Positions 29,142 to 39,012 of a DNA stretch of 64,000 nt are shown in pieces (position 1 is the first letter of the stretch; every line of letters begins with the position of its first letter). Both the position numbers and the translations under genes were made by a program. Under the pieces are notes generated by a model. The model saw only the letters and a list, made by a program, of their open reading frames with translations, had not been told where the DNA came from and did not search any database. This stretch comes from Thermoplasmata archaeon (GTDB lineage: Archaea > Thermoplasmatota > Thermoplasmata > Lutacidiplasmatales > UBA184), in the NCBI GenBank assembly GCA_021826685.1, contig JAKAYT010000003.1, forward strand, positions 7,980 through 71,979, written 5' to 3'.

Positions 29142-30299
29142 ATGATGGGGTTCTTCACTAGCCCGCGCATCGGTTTCGGTCCGGGAGCGATCGAACAGCT
29201 CGCCGGCCTCGAGCCCCACCGAGTCCTGTTGCTCGTTGCTCCGAGCGTGAGCGGACTCGACGGGGTACGTCGGATCGAGGAGTTCGTCCGGCATCTCGAG
29301 ATCGAGATCTCGACCCGGGTTGTGGGACGCGGACCGACGACGATCGAGCAGGCCGAACAGCTCGCTTCGGAGATCGGCACCTCGTTCGACACGATCGTCG
29401 TGGCCGGGGGGGGTCAGACCATCGACCTTGCGAAGGCGGTCCGAGCGCGTCTCGCGCGACCGGACCTTCCCCTGGGAGACTGGACCCCTCTCACGGACGT
29501 TCCCGTGAACGGGATGGCTCGCCTCGTGGCGCTTCCCTCCACGGGAGGTAGCGGCAGCGAGATGACCGGGGCGGCCCACCTCTACGATCCGGAGGGCGGC
29601 ACCGTCGAGCTTTCCCACCGGGCGCTCGCTCCCGACTGGGCGCTCCTAGATCCGGCGATGGCTAGCGCCGTGCCGGCCTCGCTCGCGATCCCGATCGGCT
29701 TCGAGGTAGTCGCCCATGCCATGGAGGCGTTGGCCTCGGAATGGGCCAATCCGTTCACCGACGCACTCGCTCGGGATGCCCTGTCCACGAGCATCCCGAG
29801 CCTCTCGAAGCTCGCGCGCCAACCCCGGGGCATGGATGCCCGGACCGAGCTCTACTACGCCGCCGGTCGCGCCGGCCTCGCGGGCGCCAATGCCTCGCTT
29901 GGGCTCGCCCACGCGCTGGCCCGCGCTCTCGTCCCCGAGTTCCCGGCGCTCGGCTACGCGCGCCTTCTCGCGATGGCGCTCCCTCCCACCGTCGACTACA
30001 ACTTCCCGTCGGCCCGCGATCGTTACCGCGAAGTCGAGGAAGAGTTCCCCGGAGGCGGGGATCCCACGCCCGCGTCTCTCAGCGAGCGCGTACGCGGGTT
30101 CGTGAAAGAGGTGGGCCTCGCGCCCGACCTCGCGGCCGCGGGTCTGGATGCGGTTCCTTCCCCCGCCCGCCGGGCTCTCGTCGTCGAGCGCGTGCGCCGG
30201 TCGACGTCGATCGTGGGGAATCCGAGGGTCCCATCTCCGGGGGAGATCGGACGGCTGCTCGACCTGATACAGTGGGGAGCTCGGGGGGCTCCACCATAG
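29142..30299 (+). CDS. Iron-containing alcohol dehydrogenase family protein (degenerate metal site)
   Basis: GGGQTIDLAK, PSTGGSGSE, ALLDP, HAMEA, GLAHAL, GNPR. Confidence 0.88.
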   Translation: MMGFFTSPRIGFGPGAIEQLAGLEPHRVLLLVAPSVSGLDGVRRIEEFVRHLEIEISTRVVGRGPTTIEQAEQLASEIGTSFDTIVVAGGGQTIDLAKAVRARLARPDLPLGDWTPLTDVPVNGMARLVALPSTGGSGSEMTGAAHLYDPEGGTVELSHRALAPDWALLDPAMASAVPASLAIPIGFEVVAHAMEALASEWANPFTDALARDALSTSIPSLSKLARQPRGMDARTELYYAAGRAGLAGANASLGLAHALARALVPEFPALGYARLLAMALPPTVDYNFPSARDRYREVEEEFPGGGDPTPASLSERVRGFVKEVGLAPDLAAAGLDAVPSPARRALVVERVRRSTSIVGNPRVPSPGEIGRLLDLIQWGARGAPP

Positions 30300-30323
30300 C
30301 TAACCCGCTACCTATCGAGATGG

Positions 30324-31424
30324 TTACGAAGGGATGGTGGCGGCCGACGCGCGGCGACCGGGCCGCTCGGGCGGGGCGGGCGCACGGGGAGTCGGTGTGA
30401 CCTCGGGACTCTCGACCGCGTGGTTGATCGCGAGCTCGCACAGGTCGCTCGCATAGAGCGCCGTTCGTTCGATGCTCTCTAAGATGTAGGCCAGCCCGAC
30501 GGCGATGCGCCCTCGACGGGTGACGACCTCGCTTAGGACGTGAGCCCGTTCTTCGACGAGCCGGTGGACCGTGTCGATGATCGCGTTCGCGTGGGGGATG
30601 TCGCGCCGCTCAAGGGTGCCGAGCGCGTCGGCGAGGCTCTGCGTTGCGGTCGAGGCCATCTTCTCGAGCTCCGTGACGACCGAAGCCGGGGGCTTCTCCT
30701 TCTCGAACATCTGGACGGTCTCCGCGATGCGCACCGCGTGGTCGGCGACCCGTTCGAGCAATCGGGAGGTCAGGAGGTAGGTCGTGCACTCGGGCAACGT
30801 CAGATCGAGCGAGGAGAGGACGCGGGCGTCCCGCAGGGCCGAGTTCACCTGCTTTTCCATGAACCAGTGAAGTCGGTCGACCTCCCAGTCGCGCTCGATC
30901 ACGTCCCGCGCGATCGATGTATCGTTGTCGCGGAAAGCCGCCATCGCGTCCGTATGCATCGCCCGGACCATCTGGTGCATCCGGCGGATCACCGAGCGGA
31001 TCGGGAGAGGGTTCGCGCCGACGACATCCTGGAGGATGACCGACTCCGCCGTTTCCTCGAGGATCTCGGGGCCGATGACCCGCTGGGCGAATCCTCGAAC
31101 GACATCGCGGGTACGCGCGCTCATGCGGCCCTCGGTACGGATCTCGAGCAGCGAGGACCCCGCGATGTACTCGGCGATCAGCCGGCGAATGAGGTACTCC
31201 TCCTGCATCTCGTTCGAGACGAGGACCACGCGTCGTTGGACCTCCGGGTTCCCGGCCTCCTCGGGACTCACCGTGAGCGTACCGTCGGGGCGCGGCGTGA
31301 ACGCCAGCGAGTCGCCTGCATGGAGCCCGCGGCTCGTCACCCAGTTCTTGGGAAGCGAGATGATGAACGTCGAGCCACCGGTCTTTTGGATACGGCGCCC
31401 GTGAAACCCACCGGTAGAACGCAT
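30324..31424 (-). CDS. phoU: Archaeal phosphate uptake regulator (AbrB-type N-terminus + PhoU repeats)
   Basis: RRIQKTGGSTFIISLPKNW; ERDWEVDR, ERVADHA, ERTALY. Confidence 0.92.
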   Translation of the reverse strand: MRSTGGFHGRRIQKTGGSTFIISLPKNWVTSRGLHAGDSLAFTPRPDGTLTVSPEEAGNPEVQRRVVLVSNEMQEEYLIRRLIAEYIAGSSLLEIRTEGRMSARTRDVVRGFAQRVIGPEILEETAESVILQDVVGANPLPIRSVIRRMHQMVRAMHTDAMAAFRDNDTSIARDVIERDWEVDRLHWFMEKQVNSALRDARVLSSLDLTLPECTTYLLTSRLLERVADHAVRIAETVQMFEKEKPPASVVTELEKMASTATQSLADALGTLERRDIPHANAIIDTVHRLVEERAHVLSEVVTRRGRIAVGLAYILESIERTALYASDLCELAINHAVESPEVTPTPRAPAPPERPGRRASAATIPS

Positions 31425-31446
31425 CGTACCGCGGGGGCCTTTACAG

Positions 31447-31456
31447 ACTATATAGT
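31447..31456. promoter_or_regulatory. Palindromic TATA/operator upstream of phoU
   Basis: Perfect palindrome ACTATATAGT about 25 nt from the phoU start. Confidence 0.5.
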
Positions 31457-31574
31457 TTAGGGTGAGCGCTCAGAGGCGAAACGAAATCTACGACGGCGCC
31501 GCGAGTGGCCGATCTCCCCCCCGCGCTCCCGCGAATGGTAAGACCCCCTTCCGCTCGTTGGGCCTGGCTATCGA

Positions 31575-33170
31575 ATGACGAACCGCAGAGAGGGAGGGCG
31601 ACGGCTTCCCATCCTGCAACGATCGATTCGTTACCATCGACCACGCGCCCCGTTCTGCGGGGTCGGGTACTGTACGAACTGCCTGGTACGCACCGACCAG
31701 CGGCTGAACGTCCGCGCGTGCCGGGAAGGGTTCCCGACCCGGGGGGTCCGAACGACATCCCATGCGTGGCCCTCGCCGCAGCACGATCTCCTCGGCGTCC
31801 TCGACTTTCTCTTTCCCCACGGGATCGACACCCTGCGAGGGTTCCGCTGGCCCGCGTGGGCCGTGCCGGCGTACCAGCGCATCGTCCGACGACTGGCGGG
31901 CTACGATAACCCCGATAGCGTCGCGCCTACTCCGTCTTCCGGCCCGCCCCGCATCCGCTCGGTGGACGTCCTCGTGATCGGCTGCGGCACGAGCGGAGCC
32001 GCCGCTGCGGACGAGCTTAAGGCTCGAGGGATCGACGCGATAGCTGTCTTGGACCGCAACGGGGCCGAAGGCGACGGCACGATGCCGGGTCGGACCACTG
32101 CGGTCTTCCTTCCACCCCCCACCCGCAATGCGGCGTATCCGTTCCGGGTCCTGGCGAGCGAAGGTTCCGAACGGGCGGCGCTCGTTTCTGCGCGCAAGGT
32201 GATCGTGGCCACTGGCGGATACGATGCGTCGCTCCTGTTTCCGGGGAACGATCGGCCGGGGGTCATGACGGCCGACGGCGCGTTCTCCTTCGAGCGCGAC
32301 GGGATCGAACCGTTCTTCCGTGCGGTCGTCTTCGGAGGAGGCGATCGGGCCCGGAAGGTGGTAGAGAAGCTCGGCGATCGGGTGGTCGCCGTCGTAGCGC
32401 CGGGCGAGATCGGGCCGGACCTCGCGCGCGCCGCGTCCGATCGCGGTATCCCTCTCTACCCTCGCTCGCTCGTTCTCGGGGCCCGGGGTCGCTCTCGGGT
32501 TCGGTCGATACGCATCCGGGCTCGGTCCTTCGGCCCCCGTCAGACCCTGAGCGCCGACGCCCTCGTGCTCGCGCATCGTCGTATCCCTCACCCGCAGTTG
32601 TTCTTTCAGGCGGGTGCCCGCATGGTCTGGCGCCCTGGGGTCGGGGCGTATCTGCCCGCGGTCGATGCCCACGGGGCCACCACCGTCCCGGGCCTCTACG
32701 CGGCCGGGTCCGCGGCCGGGGCCTTGGATCCGGATTCCTCGCGCGCCAGCGGGCGGGCCGCGGCCCGGGCGGTCGCCGAGGGGGTCGAGCCCGGCGTCGA
32801 CGTCACCCGTTCCTCGCCTCCCGAACCTCTGAACGAGATGCAGGGATACTATCGCGAACTTCTCGCAGAGCCGGAAGGATTCGCGAAGTGGATCGCGTGC
32901 CCGTGCGAGGATGTCCTGCTGCGCGAGCTGCGCCGAGCGAACGAGGACGGCTATCGGGGGATCGAGGTCATCAAGCGGTACACCGGCCTCGGTACCGGGC
33001 TCTGCCAGGGTCGCTACTGCGTGCCCGACGCCGTGCTCCTCCTATCGATCTGGGAGGGGAGGTCTCCCCCGGAGGTCGGCTACATCACCCAACGTCCTCC
33101 CGGGGTTCCCACGACGCTAGGCCAGCTCGCTACGTTGGAGACTCCGCTCTCGGGCCCGGAGGCGCCGTGA
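31575..33170 (+). CDS. Sarcosine oxidase / dye-linked proline dehydrogenase alpha-like subunit
   Basis: RPRAPFCGVGYCTNC..NVRAC 2Fe-2S part, IGCGTSG, PGNDRPGV, C-terminal CPCEDV..KRYT..GTGLCQGRYC..RPP. Confidence 0.88.
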   Translation: MTNRREGGRRLPILQRSIRYHRPRAPFCGVGYCTNCLVRTDQRLNVRACREGFPTRGVRTTSHAWPSPQHDLLGVLDFLFPHGIDTLRGFRWPAWAVPAYQRIVRRLAGYDNPDSVAPTPSSGPPRIRSVDVLVIGCGTSGAAAADELKARGIDAIAVLDRNGAEGDGTMPGRTTAVFLPPPTRNAAYPFRVLASEGSERAALVSARKVIVATGGYDASLLFPGNDRPGVMTADGAFSFERDGIEPFFRAVVFGGGDRARKVVEKLGDRVVAVVAPGEIGPDLARAASDRGIPLYPRSLVLGARGRSRVRSIRIRARSFGPRQTLSADALVLAHRRIPHPQLFFQAGARMVWRPGVGAYLPAVDAHGATTVPGLYAAGSAAGALDPDSSRASGRAAARAVAEGVEPGVDVTRSSPPEPLNEMQGYYRELLAEPEGFAKWIACPCEDVLLRELRRANEDGYRGIEVIKRYTGLGTGLCQGRYCVPDAVLLLSIWEGRSPPEVGYITQRPPGVPTTLGQLATLETPLSGPEAP

Positions 33171-34333
33171 GCACACCGACACGCTCGGAGTACCGCACGG
33201 TGATCGTCGGGGCCGGCGTGATCGGCCTCTACACCGCGTACTATCTCGCGCGCGCCGGCGCCGGTCCGATCCTGGTCGTGGACCGGGGATTCCTATCCTC
33301 CGGCGCGTCGGGCCGCAACGGGGGCGGAGTGCGCCAACAGTGGGAGACCCGGGCGACCGTCCGGCTGGCCCGAGAGTCGGTGGGTGCCTACCGCCGCTTC
33401 GCCCGTGACTTCGGCGTGAACCCGTGGTTCCGACAGTCGGGCTATGTCTTCCTCGCGGAGAACGGGGCCGAGCTCGAGCGGTTGCGACGCGTCCACGACA
33501 TCGTCGCGAGCGAGGGACTCCCGTCCGAGATCCTCGACTCCTCCCGCGTCGCGCGACTCGTGCCCGGGATCGCCCCCGAGGCAGCCGTGGGGGGAACCTA
33601 CCTTTCGACCGATGGCACGCTCTATCCGTTCCCGGTCGTTTGGGGCCTGTACGAAGCCGTCCGGGCCATGGGAACCGAAGTTCTGCTCGGAGCGGAAGCG
33701 CTCGGTGTCCGAAGCACCGCCGGACATCTGACCGGCGTCACGACCTCGAAGGGAGCGGTAGCCACCTCGACGTGCGTCAATGCGGCCGGAGGTTGGTCGC
33801 GCGACTTCTCCGAACGGGCCGGGCTCACTGTCGCGAACGCGCCGACCCGGCACGAGATCCTTGCCACGGAACCGCTGAAGCCGTTCCTCGACCCGATGGT
33901 CGTCCGGGCCCGCGACGGCCTCTACTTCAGCCAAACGATGCGCGGTGAGATCGTCGGCGGGCTCTCCCCTCCCTCACAGAACCCGGTGACGAGCGCGATG
34001 TCGAGCAGCCCGGCGTTCTTGGCACGGATGGCCGGAGCCCTCGTACGGATCCTCCCGTCGTTGGCCAGCGTGGGAGTGCTGCGAGCCTGGTCCGGGCTCT
34101 ACGACGATACGCCGGATGGCCTGCCCGTACTCGGCGAGGACCCTCGCTTGGGGGGATTCATCCACGCGAACGGGTTCGGAGGTCATGGCATGATGCTCGC
34201 CCCCTCGTCGACCGCCCGGGTTGCGCGAATGATCTTGGGCGAGCGCGTAGACCTCGACCCCGCGGAGTTCGGACCCCAGCGCTTCGACGGCGGGCAACCC
34301 TCGCACGCGACCGAGGCTCTGCAACTCGGCTGA
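33167..34333 (+). CDS. Sarcosine oxidase / proline dehydrogenase beta-like subunit
   Basis: GTGA-coupled; IVGAGVIG, SGRNGGG, AWSGLYDDTPD, GFGGHG. Confidence 0.92.
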   Translation: MSTPTRSEYRTVIVGAGVIGLYTAYYLARAGAGPILVVDRGFLSSGASGRNGGGVRQQWETRATVRLARESVGAYRRFARDFGVNPWFRQSGYVFLAENGAELERLRRVHDIVASEGLPSEILDSSRVARLVPGIAPEAAVGGTYLSTDGTLYPFPVVWGLYEAVRAMGTEVLLGAEALGVRSTAGHLTGVTTSKGAVATSTCVNAAGGWSRDFSERAGLTVANAPTRHEILATEPLKPFLDPMVVRARDGLYFSQTMRGEIVGGLSPPSQNPVTSAMSSSPAFLARMAGALVRILPSLASVGVLRAWSGLYDDTPDGLPVLGEDPRLGGFIHANGFGGHGMMLAPSSTARVARMILGERVDLDPAEFGPQRFDGGQPSHATEALQLG

Positions 34334-34378
34334 CGGTTGCCGTCGGTTTGATATGCGCTCGGCCCGCTGGGAAGGACC

Positions 34379-35701
34379 GTGATCGGCCAGTTTCCGTGGG
34401 ACCCGTTTCCCGCGAACGTTCCCCTGCCCAAGGGCCCCGATCCACTGCAGATCCACGCCTATCGGTCGGCCGTGACCTCGGCCGACGCGTACCGAGGCGT
34501 TCGGGAAGGCCTTCGCTTCGAGCACGATCTCCTGCGCATCGGGAACCGCTTCGTTCCCGTCGGTCGGTACCGTGAAGCGGCGTTCGTTGCCGTGGGCGAG
34601 GCCGCGGGGTCCATGGCGCAGGGGGCGATCGACGGGCTCGGCGAGTTCGTGACGGCGGGATTCGTCGCGGGGCCGAAGGACTCGCTGCATCAGGTCCCGT
34701 TCCCCCGCATCGAGGTCCCACTCGGTCCGCCGGTCTCGCCGCGCTCGGAGGACGTGGTGCGATCGATGATCGAGATCGCGGAGACGATGTCTCACGACCA
34801 GCTCCTGCTCCTGCTCCTCTCCCCCGGAGCGCTCAGCGCTCTCGCTCTCCCCCCGCCCGGAATGACCGGGGAGGAGGTGCAGGACCTTTGGGGAACGCTC
34901 ACGGAACGGGGAGCCTCCGGGCGGGAGATCGAGCGGACGATCCGGGTCCTGGCCCAGGGTGGAGTGGGCGGAGGGGTGGGAGAGCGCTTTGCGACCACCG
35001 ACATCGCGGCGTTCGTCGTGGACCGAGGGGACGGAGCGCGCCTCCTCGGAGGAGGACCGGTGCACCCCGTAGATCCGTCGGAGCGCGAAGAGGTCCGGGC
35101 CCTGCTCGAACGGCACGGACTGCGGGATCGATTGCCGGCGCCGGCCCGCGAACGGTTGACCCGGGCCGCCGGGCCCCCGGGCGGGCCGGTGCATCGGCCG
35201 GTCTACGTCGCGCGCCCCTCCGACGCGATCACGGGCGCCGGCGACGCTCTCTACGACCGCAAGTGGCGCATCCGTCTCGGGATGATGGATCTCGCGGGCA
35301 GGCCCGAGTCCGCCGCGGAACGATTCATCGCCCGGGTCGAAGAGGTCCTGGCCCACGAGCCGGACCTCGCCAAGGATCGCAGCCGCGGGATCGCGGTCCC
35401 TGCGATGACGACGCTCGACCAGCCCGAAGGGATCGACGATGGGCCGGCCATCGCGCGGTTTCTCCAGCACGCCGAAGGGCAGGTGCGGCGTCGGGAACTC
35501 AGCGTCGGGATCTTCCGGACGGTCGGCGCTCTCGGAGCTTCGGGATTCCCGGCCGGGGCCGTGATCGGCAAGCCGGGGAATCCCGAATTTTCCCGTCACG
35601 CCGGTCGCGCGCGCGCCGTTCCGATGGAGCCCGGGATCACCGACGTCGGCCACCTGGTCCTCGCGCTCTTCCCCGCGGACGAGGCCAGCGCTTCCAAGTA
35701 G
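34379..35701 (+). CDS. Glycerate 2-kinase (DUF4147/MOFRL)-like protein, divergent
   Basis: Motif order VAVGEAAGSMA, LLLSPGALSAL, VVDRGD, GGGP, GITDVGHL matches the family, with key residues altered. Confidence 0.75.
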   Translation: MIGQFPWDPFPANVPLPKGPDPLQIHAYRSAVTSADAYRGVREGLRFEHDLLRIGNRFVPVGRYREAAFVAVGEAAGSMAQGAIDGLGEFVTAGFVAGPKDSLHQVPFPRIEVPLGPPVSPRSEDVVRSMIEIAETMSHDQLLLLLLSPGALSALALPPPGMTGEEVQDLWGTLTERGASGREIERTIRVLAQGGVGGGVGERFATTDIAAFVVDRGDGARLLGGGPVHPVDPSEREEVRALLERHGLRDRLPAPARERLTRAAGPPGGPVHRPVYVARPSDAITGAGDALYDRKWRIRLGMMDLAGRPESAAERFIARVEEVLAHEPDLAKDRSRGIAVPAMTTLDQPEGIDDGPAIARFLQHAEGQVRRRELSVGIFRTVGALGASGFPAGAVIGKPGNPEFSRHAGRARAVPMEPGITDVGHLVLALFPADEASASK

Positions 35702-35731
35702 GCCCCCCTCGACGGGAACGCCGACGCCGGC

Positions 35732-36304
35732 TCAGGGAGCCCGTGACGTTAGCGACTCGAAGTGACGCTTCAAGGACATGTACTCGTCAAAGGAGATCTC
35801 GCGACGCGCGCGGATGATCCCGGCCTGACGCAGGGACTCGATCCGATACTGCCGGATGAGCGTGTCGACGCTGCGGGTCGCCGTGGGCGGTGCTGTGGAG
35901 GGCCGCTCGGAAGCGGGAGGGGTTATCGCGGGTGGTGAAGCAGGCGTCGGCGGCGGGGATCGCGCGGGCGCGCCGGTTTCGAGGTGGGCGCGCAGTCGCT
36001 CGAACTCCGTCGCCGTGAGTTCTCCCTCGTCGAGAAGGAGCTCCAGCAGCTCGGGCTGGCGAGGTCGATACGTCTCGATGAGTTCCTCAATCGATCGATC
36101 CGGTCGAGGCTCGCCGAGGGCGAGGGTCGCGACGGCGCGTCGCAGGCGCTCGAAGGCCGCTTGGATCGCCTCGGCCGGTGGCCCGTCCGTCCCTTCGTCG
36201 AACTCGAGATGTTCGGCGAGGCGAACGGTCCCTTCTCCGGCGGCTCCTCCCCGATGGATCGGTCGCTCGACCGAAATCTCGACGTCGCGACGGCGAGGAG
36301 GCAT
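35732..36304 (-). CDS. Hypothetical protein with two SHOCT-like segments
   Basis: LLDEGELTATEFERLR and RARREISFDEYMSLK separated by a Pro-rich linker. Confidence 0.65.
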   Translation of the reverse strand: MPPRRRDVEISVERPIHRGGAAGEGTVRLAEHLEFDEGTDGPPAEAIQAAFERLRRAVATLALGEPRPDRSIEELIETYRPRQPELLELLLDEGELTATEFERLRAHLETGAPARSPPPTPASPPAITPPASERPSTAPPTATRSVDTLIRQYRIESLRQAGIIRARREISFDEYMSLKRHFESLTSRAP

Positions 36305-36410
36305 GACGAGCCGACGGAGGTCGTGGTCCGCAAAAAGGTACGCTCGGAGTGAGGAGGAAGGATGGTCCCGAATCAATTACCCGCGGATATTCGATTGCGA
36401 CAGGCCATCA

Positions 36411-36428
36411 ACTACCATACGGTAACTA
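36411..36428. promoter_or_regulatory. Candidate operator upstream of the HxlR-type regulator
   Basis: TACC-atac-GGTA inverted repeat adjacent to TATAA. Confidence 0.45.
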
Positions 36429-36465
36429 TAAGAACCCACACGCCCTATTGTTTCCGATGAGGCCC

Positions 36466-36945
36466 ATGGAACGTTCACGAAACCGTGGCCCGATCGCCGA
36501 AGACCTTCGCGATGGCGAGACGTGCGATAGCCAGGGCCGCACTCTGTGCCCCGTGCTGGCCGCTGTAGGCGTGATCGGTACCGAGTGGCGGCTCGCCATC
36601 ATTCACCGGCTCCTCGACGGCCCCCAACGGTTCAGCGAGATCCTGAAGTCGAACCCTCGGTTGAACGCGAAGACCCTCAGCGCGACGCTCAAGTTCCTGG
36701 AGGGGCAAGGCGTGGTTCAGCGCCACGTCATCAGCACCCGTCCCTTCTCGGTGACGTACTCTCTTACCGAGATGGGGCTCAGCCTCGCGCCGGCAGCTCG
36801 CGAGTTGCAACTCTGGGGCGAACGCTGGCTCGTTCCACGGGCCACCGCTCGCACCAACGCACCCCCCGCCCGGCCCACGCCCGTCATCGAGGGGGAGTTA
36901 CCGCGAATCGTCGTCCCCGACGCGGGGACCCCCCGCTCGCACTGA
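36466..36945 (+). CDS. HxlR-family winged-helix regulator
   Basis: CPV..AVGVIGTEWRLAII..GPQRFSEI..KTLSATLKFLE..YSLTEMG. Confidence 0.93.
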   Translation: MERSRNRGPIAEDLRDGETCDSQGRTLCPVLAAVGVIGTEWRLAIIHRLLDGPQRFSEILKSNPRLNAKTLSATLKFLEGQGVVQRHVISTRPFSVTYSLTEMGLSLAPAARELQLWGERWLVPRATARTNAPPARPTPVIEGELPRIVVPDAGTPRSH

Positions 36946-37097
36946 ACGGAACGCTCCCTGAGAGAGGCGTTCCGCCACCTCTCCCTTGTCGGTTGAAATA
37001 CCCGAACGACCGATGGTTTCCCCGCATACCACCCCGAAGGGTCGCGTAACATCGCCGATAGGGGACTGCACCGTCCCGGGCGTGCACGCGACCCTTC

Positions 37098-38021
37098 TCA
37101 ACCTCGACTCTTACTTCGGCGATGGTCTCGAACGAGCTTTCGCCAGAAGTACAGCGTGGCGTAGCTGCCCCAGCCGGGGTAGTGCTCGTCCGCCCACGCC
37201 CGTGCGGCCCCTTCGGGGGCGCGCCGCGACAGGACGCCGTACTGCGCGAGCGCCACGCGCAGCCCGAGGTCCCCCGCCACGAACAGGTCCGTACGGCCCG
37301 CTCCTCGCAAAAGTGCGTTCTCGGCGGTCCACCGCCCGACCCCGGGCTCGGCGTCGAGCCGGTCGATCGCGGCTTCACGGTCTAGGTGACGGAACTCCTC
37401 GGCGTCGAAGCGCCCGTCGATCTCGCCTTGGGCGAGCGAGAAGAGCGCGGTCGACTTGGCACGACTGAGGCCGAGGCGTCGAACGCCGGAGATTCCGAGA
37501 CGGCGGACCGCCCGAGGGGGTGGAGCGCAGGGTAGAACGATATCGTCCACCCGCAGGTATGCGTGCGTCGCGTTCAGGATCCGCCGCCACAACGTGTCGG
37601 CGGCCCGCACCGATAGCTGCTGTCCGACAATCGCCTGGGCCAACGACTCGTACAGCGAAGGATCCCGGGGCAACCGCACTCCGCGGAAAGTTCGCTCCGT
37701 TCCCCGAAGCGTCGGATCCCGTCGGACCCATCGGTAGAACGCAGGGAGGTCGTGTTCGAGGCTGAACATCTCTCGCACGGCCGAACGCGCCGCGCCGGCG
37801 CTCGCGCTGCGAGCCTCGATCTGCCAACGTCGGCCGTGGACCGAGACTCCGAGCGCCCACGGTCGATCGGCCGGACCCCACGCGCGCCACAACGTTCGTC
37901 CATCGGAAGACCAAGCGGTCGATCGTGTGGCGTACTCGAGCTCGTCCCCGTACCGGGGGAACCGGGACAAGGGCGGAGGTTGCACGTGCGTCCGGACTCG
38001 GTCCCCAACGACGCCCCCCAC
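37098..38021 (-). CDS. DNA-3-methyladenine glycosylase II (AlkA family, HhH-GPD)
   Basis: YESLAQAIVGQQLS, PGVGRWTA, VAGDLGL, GSYATLYFW. Confidence 0.92.
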   Translation of the reverse strand: MGGVVGDRVRTHVQPPPLSRFPRYGDELEYATRSTAWSSDGRTLWRAWGPADRPWALGVSVHGRRWQIEARSASAGAARSAVREMFSLEHDLPAFYRWVRRDPTLRGTERTFRGVRLPRDPSLYESLAQAIVGQQLSVRAADTLWRRILNATHAYLRVDDIVLPCAPPPRAVRRLGISGVRRLGLSRAKSTALFSLAQGEIDGRFDAEEFRHLDREAAIDRLDAEPGVGRWTAENALLRGAGRTDLFVAGDLGLRVALAQYGVLSRRAPEGAARAWADEHYPGWGSYATLYFWRKLVRDHRRSKSRG

Positions 38022-38080
38022 GAGGTGCCCAGGGTCGCGCGCGCGATAACGCTGCCCCGGTCCCGGCGGAGTTTCGGGCG

Positions 38081-38104
38081 TTTATCAACGAAATAGTCTA
38101 TAAA
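38081..38104. promoter_or_regulatory. Imperfect inverted repeat over the promoter of the SufR-like regulator
   Basis: TTTATCAAC-gaaata-GTCTATAAA. Confidence 0.45.
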
Positions 38105-38126
38105 TTCCGGTCGCGTCTCCGAGTCG

Positions 38127-38786
38127 ATGGCCGCCGACGAAGGGGAATCGACCCAGGGCTTCGCCGGATCGAAGCAAGCGATCCTCCTCTATCTGAAGCA
38201 ATCCGGTTCGACCAGCCTTGCCGAGATCGCTCGAGCGGTCGGCATCAGTAAGACCGCCGCCCTCACCCACCTCGAGCAGCTCGAATCCCAAGGGTGGCTC
38301 GAGCGTTCGTTCCAGCGGGGCGCCGTCGGTCGGCCGCCGGTGTGCTTCCGACTCGCTCCGCGATCGACCCAGCTCTTCCCCCAGAGCTATTCCGAGGTCT
38401 CCCGGGCCGCGCTCGAATTCATCCAGCGGCGCCTCGGCCGACCGGCTGTCGTCGAGCTCTTCCAAGAACGTGCCCATGATCTGGCCGATCGAAACCGGAG
38501 CCGGATCGATGGCGATCGGTTATCCGAACGCGTCGAGCGTCTCGCGGCCGTCCGCTCCGAGGGAGGATACATGGCCGAGGTCGGGATCCGGCGCAAGGGG
38601 GCCGTCGAGCTCCGGGAGCACAACTGCCCCATTCTGGCGCTCGTGGGACAGTACCCGGAGGCATGCGACATCGAGCGGCGGATGTTCGAGAGCGTCCTCC
38701 GCGCCCGGGTCGACGTGAGCCACCGGGTCGTCGTCGGGGATGCGGTCTGCCGCTTCTGGATTCGGGAGAGGGAGAGCAGAGGATGA
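38127..38786 (+). CDS. ArsR/SufR-like HTH transcriptional regulator
   Basis: HTH, GRP, FPQSY, EHNCPI..EAC..CRF. Confidence 0.9.
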   Translation: MAADEGESTQGFAGSKQAILLYLKQSGSTSLAEIARAVGISKTAALTHLEQLESQGWLERSFQRGAVGRPPVCFRLAPRSTQLFPQSYSEVSRAALEFIQRRLGRPAVVELFQERAHDLADRNRSRIDGDRLSERVERLAAVRSEGGYMAEVGIRRKGAVELREHNCPILALVGQYPEACDIERRMFESVLRARVDVSHRVVVGDAVCRFWIRERESRG

Positions 38787-39012
38787 TGCCGCGTCGGGCG
38801 CCTCCCACCGGGTTCCGTCGCAGGTCGGGAGCGACGATCGCCCCGTTACCGCGACGCGGTTCGTGATCGCGTACCGATAATCGCCGAGCGGCGGCACCTA
38901 AGGACGGGGGACGTCCTCCGTTCCGCTGCGGCGCTAGGACATCCCACCGAACGCCGGAGCTCCGAAGGGTGGGCCCCGTCAGCCGAAATACAGGCCCCGC
39001 TTCGGCCCGTCC

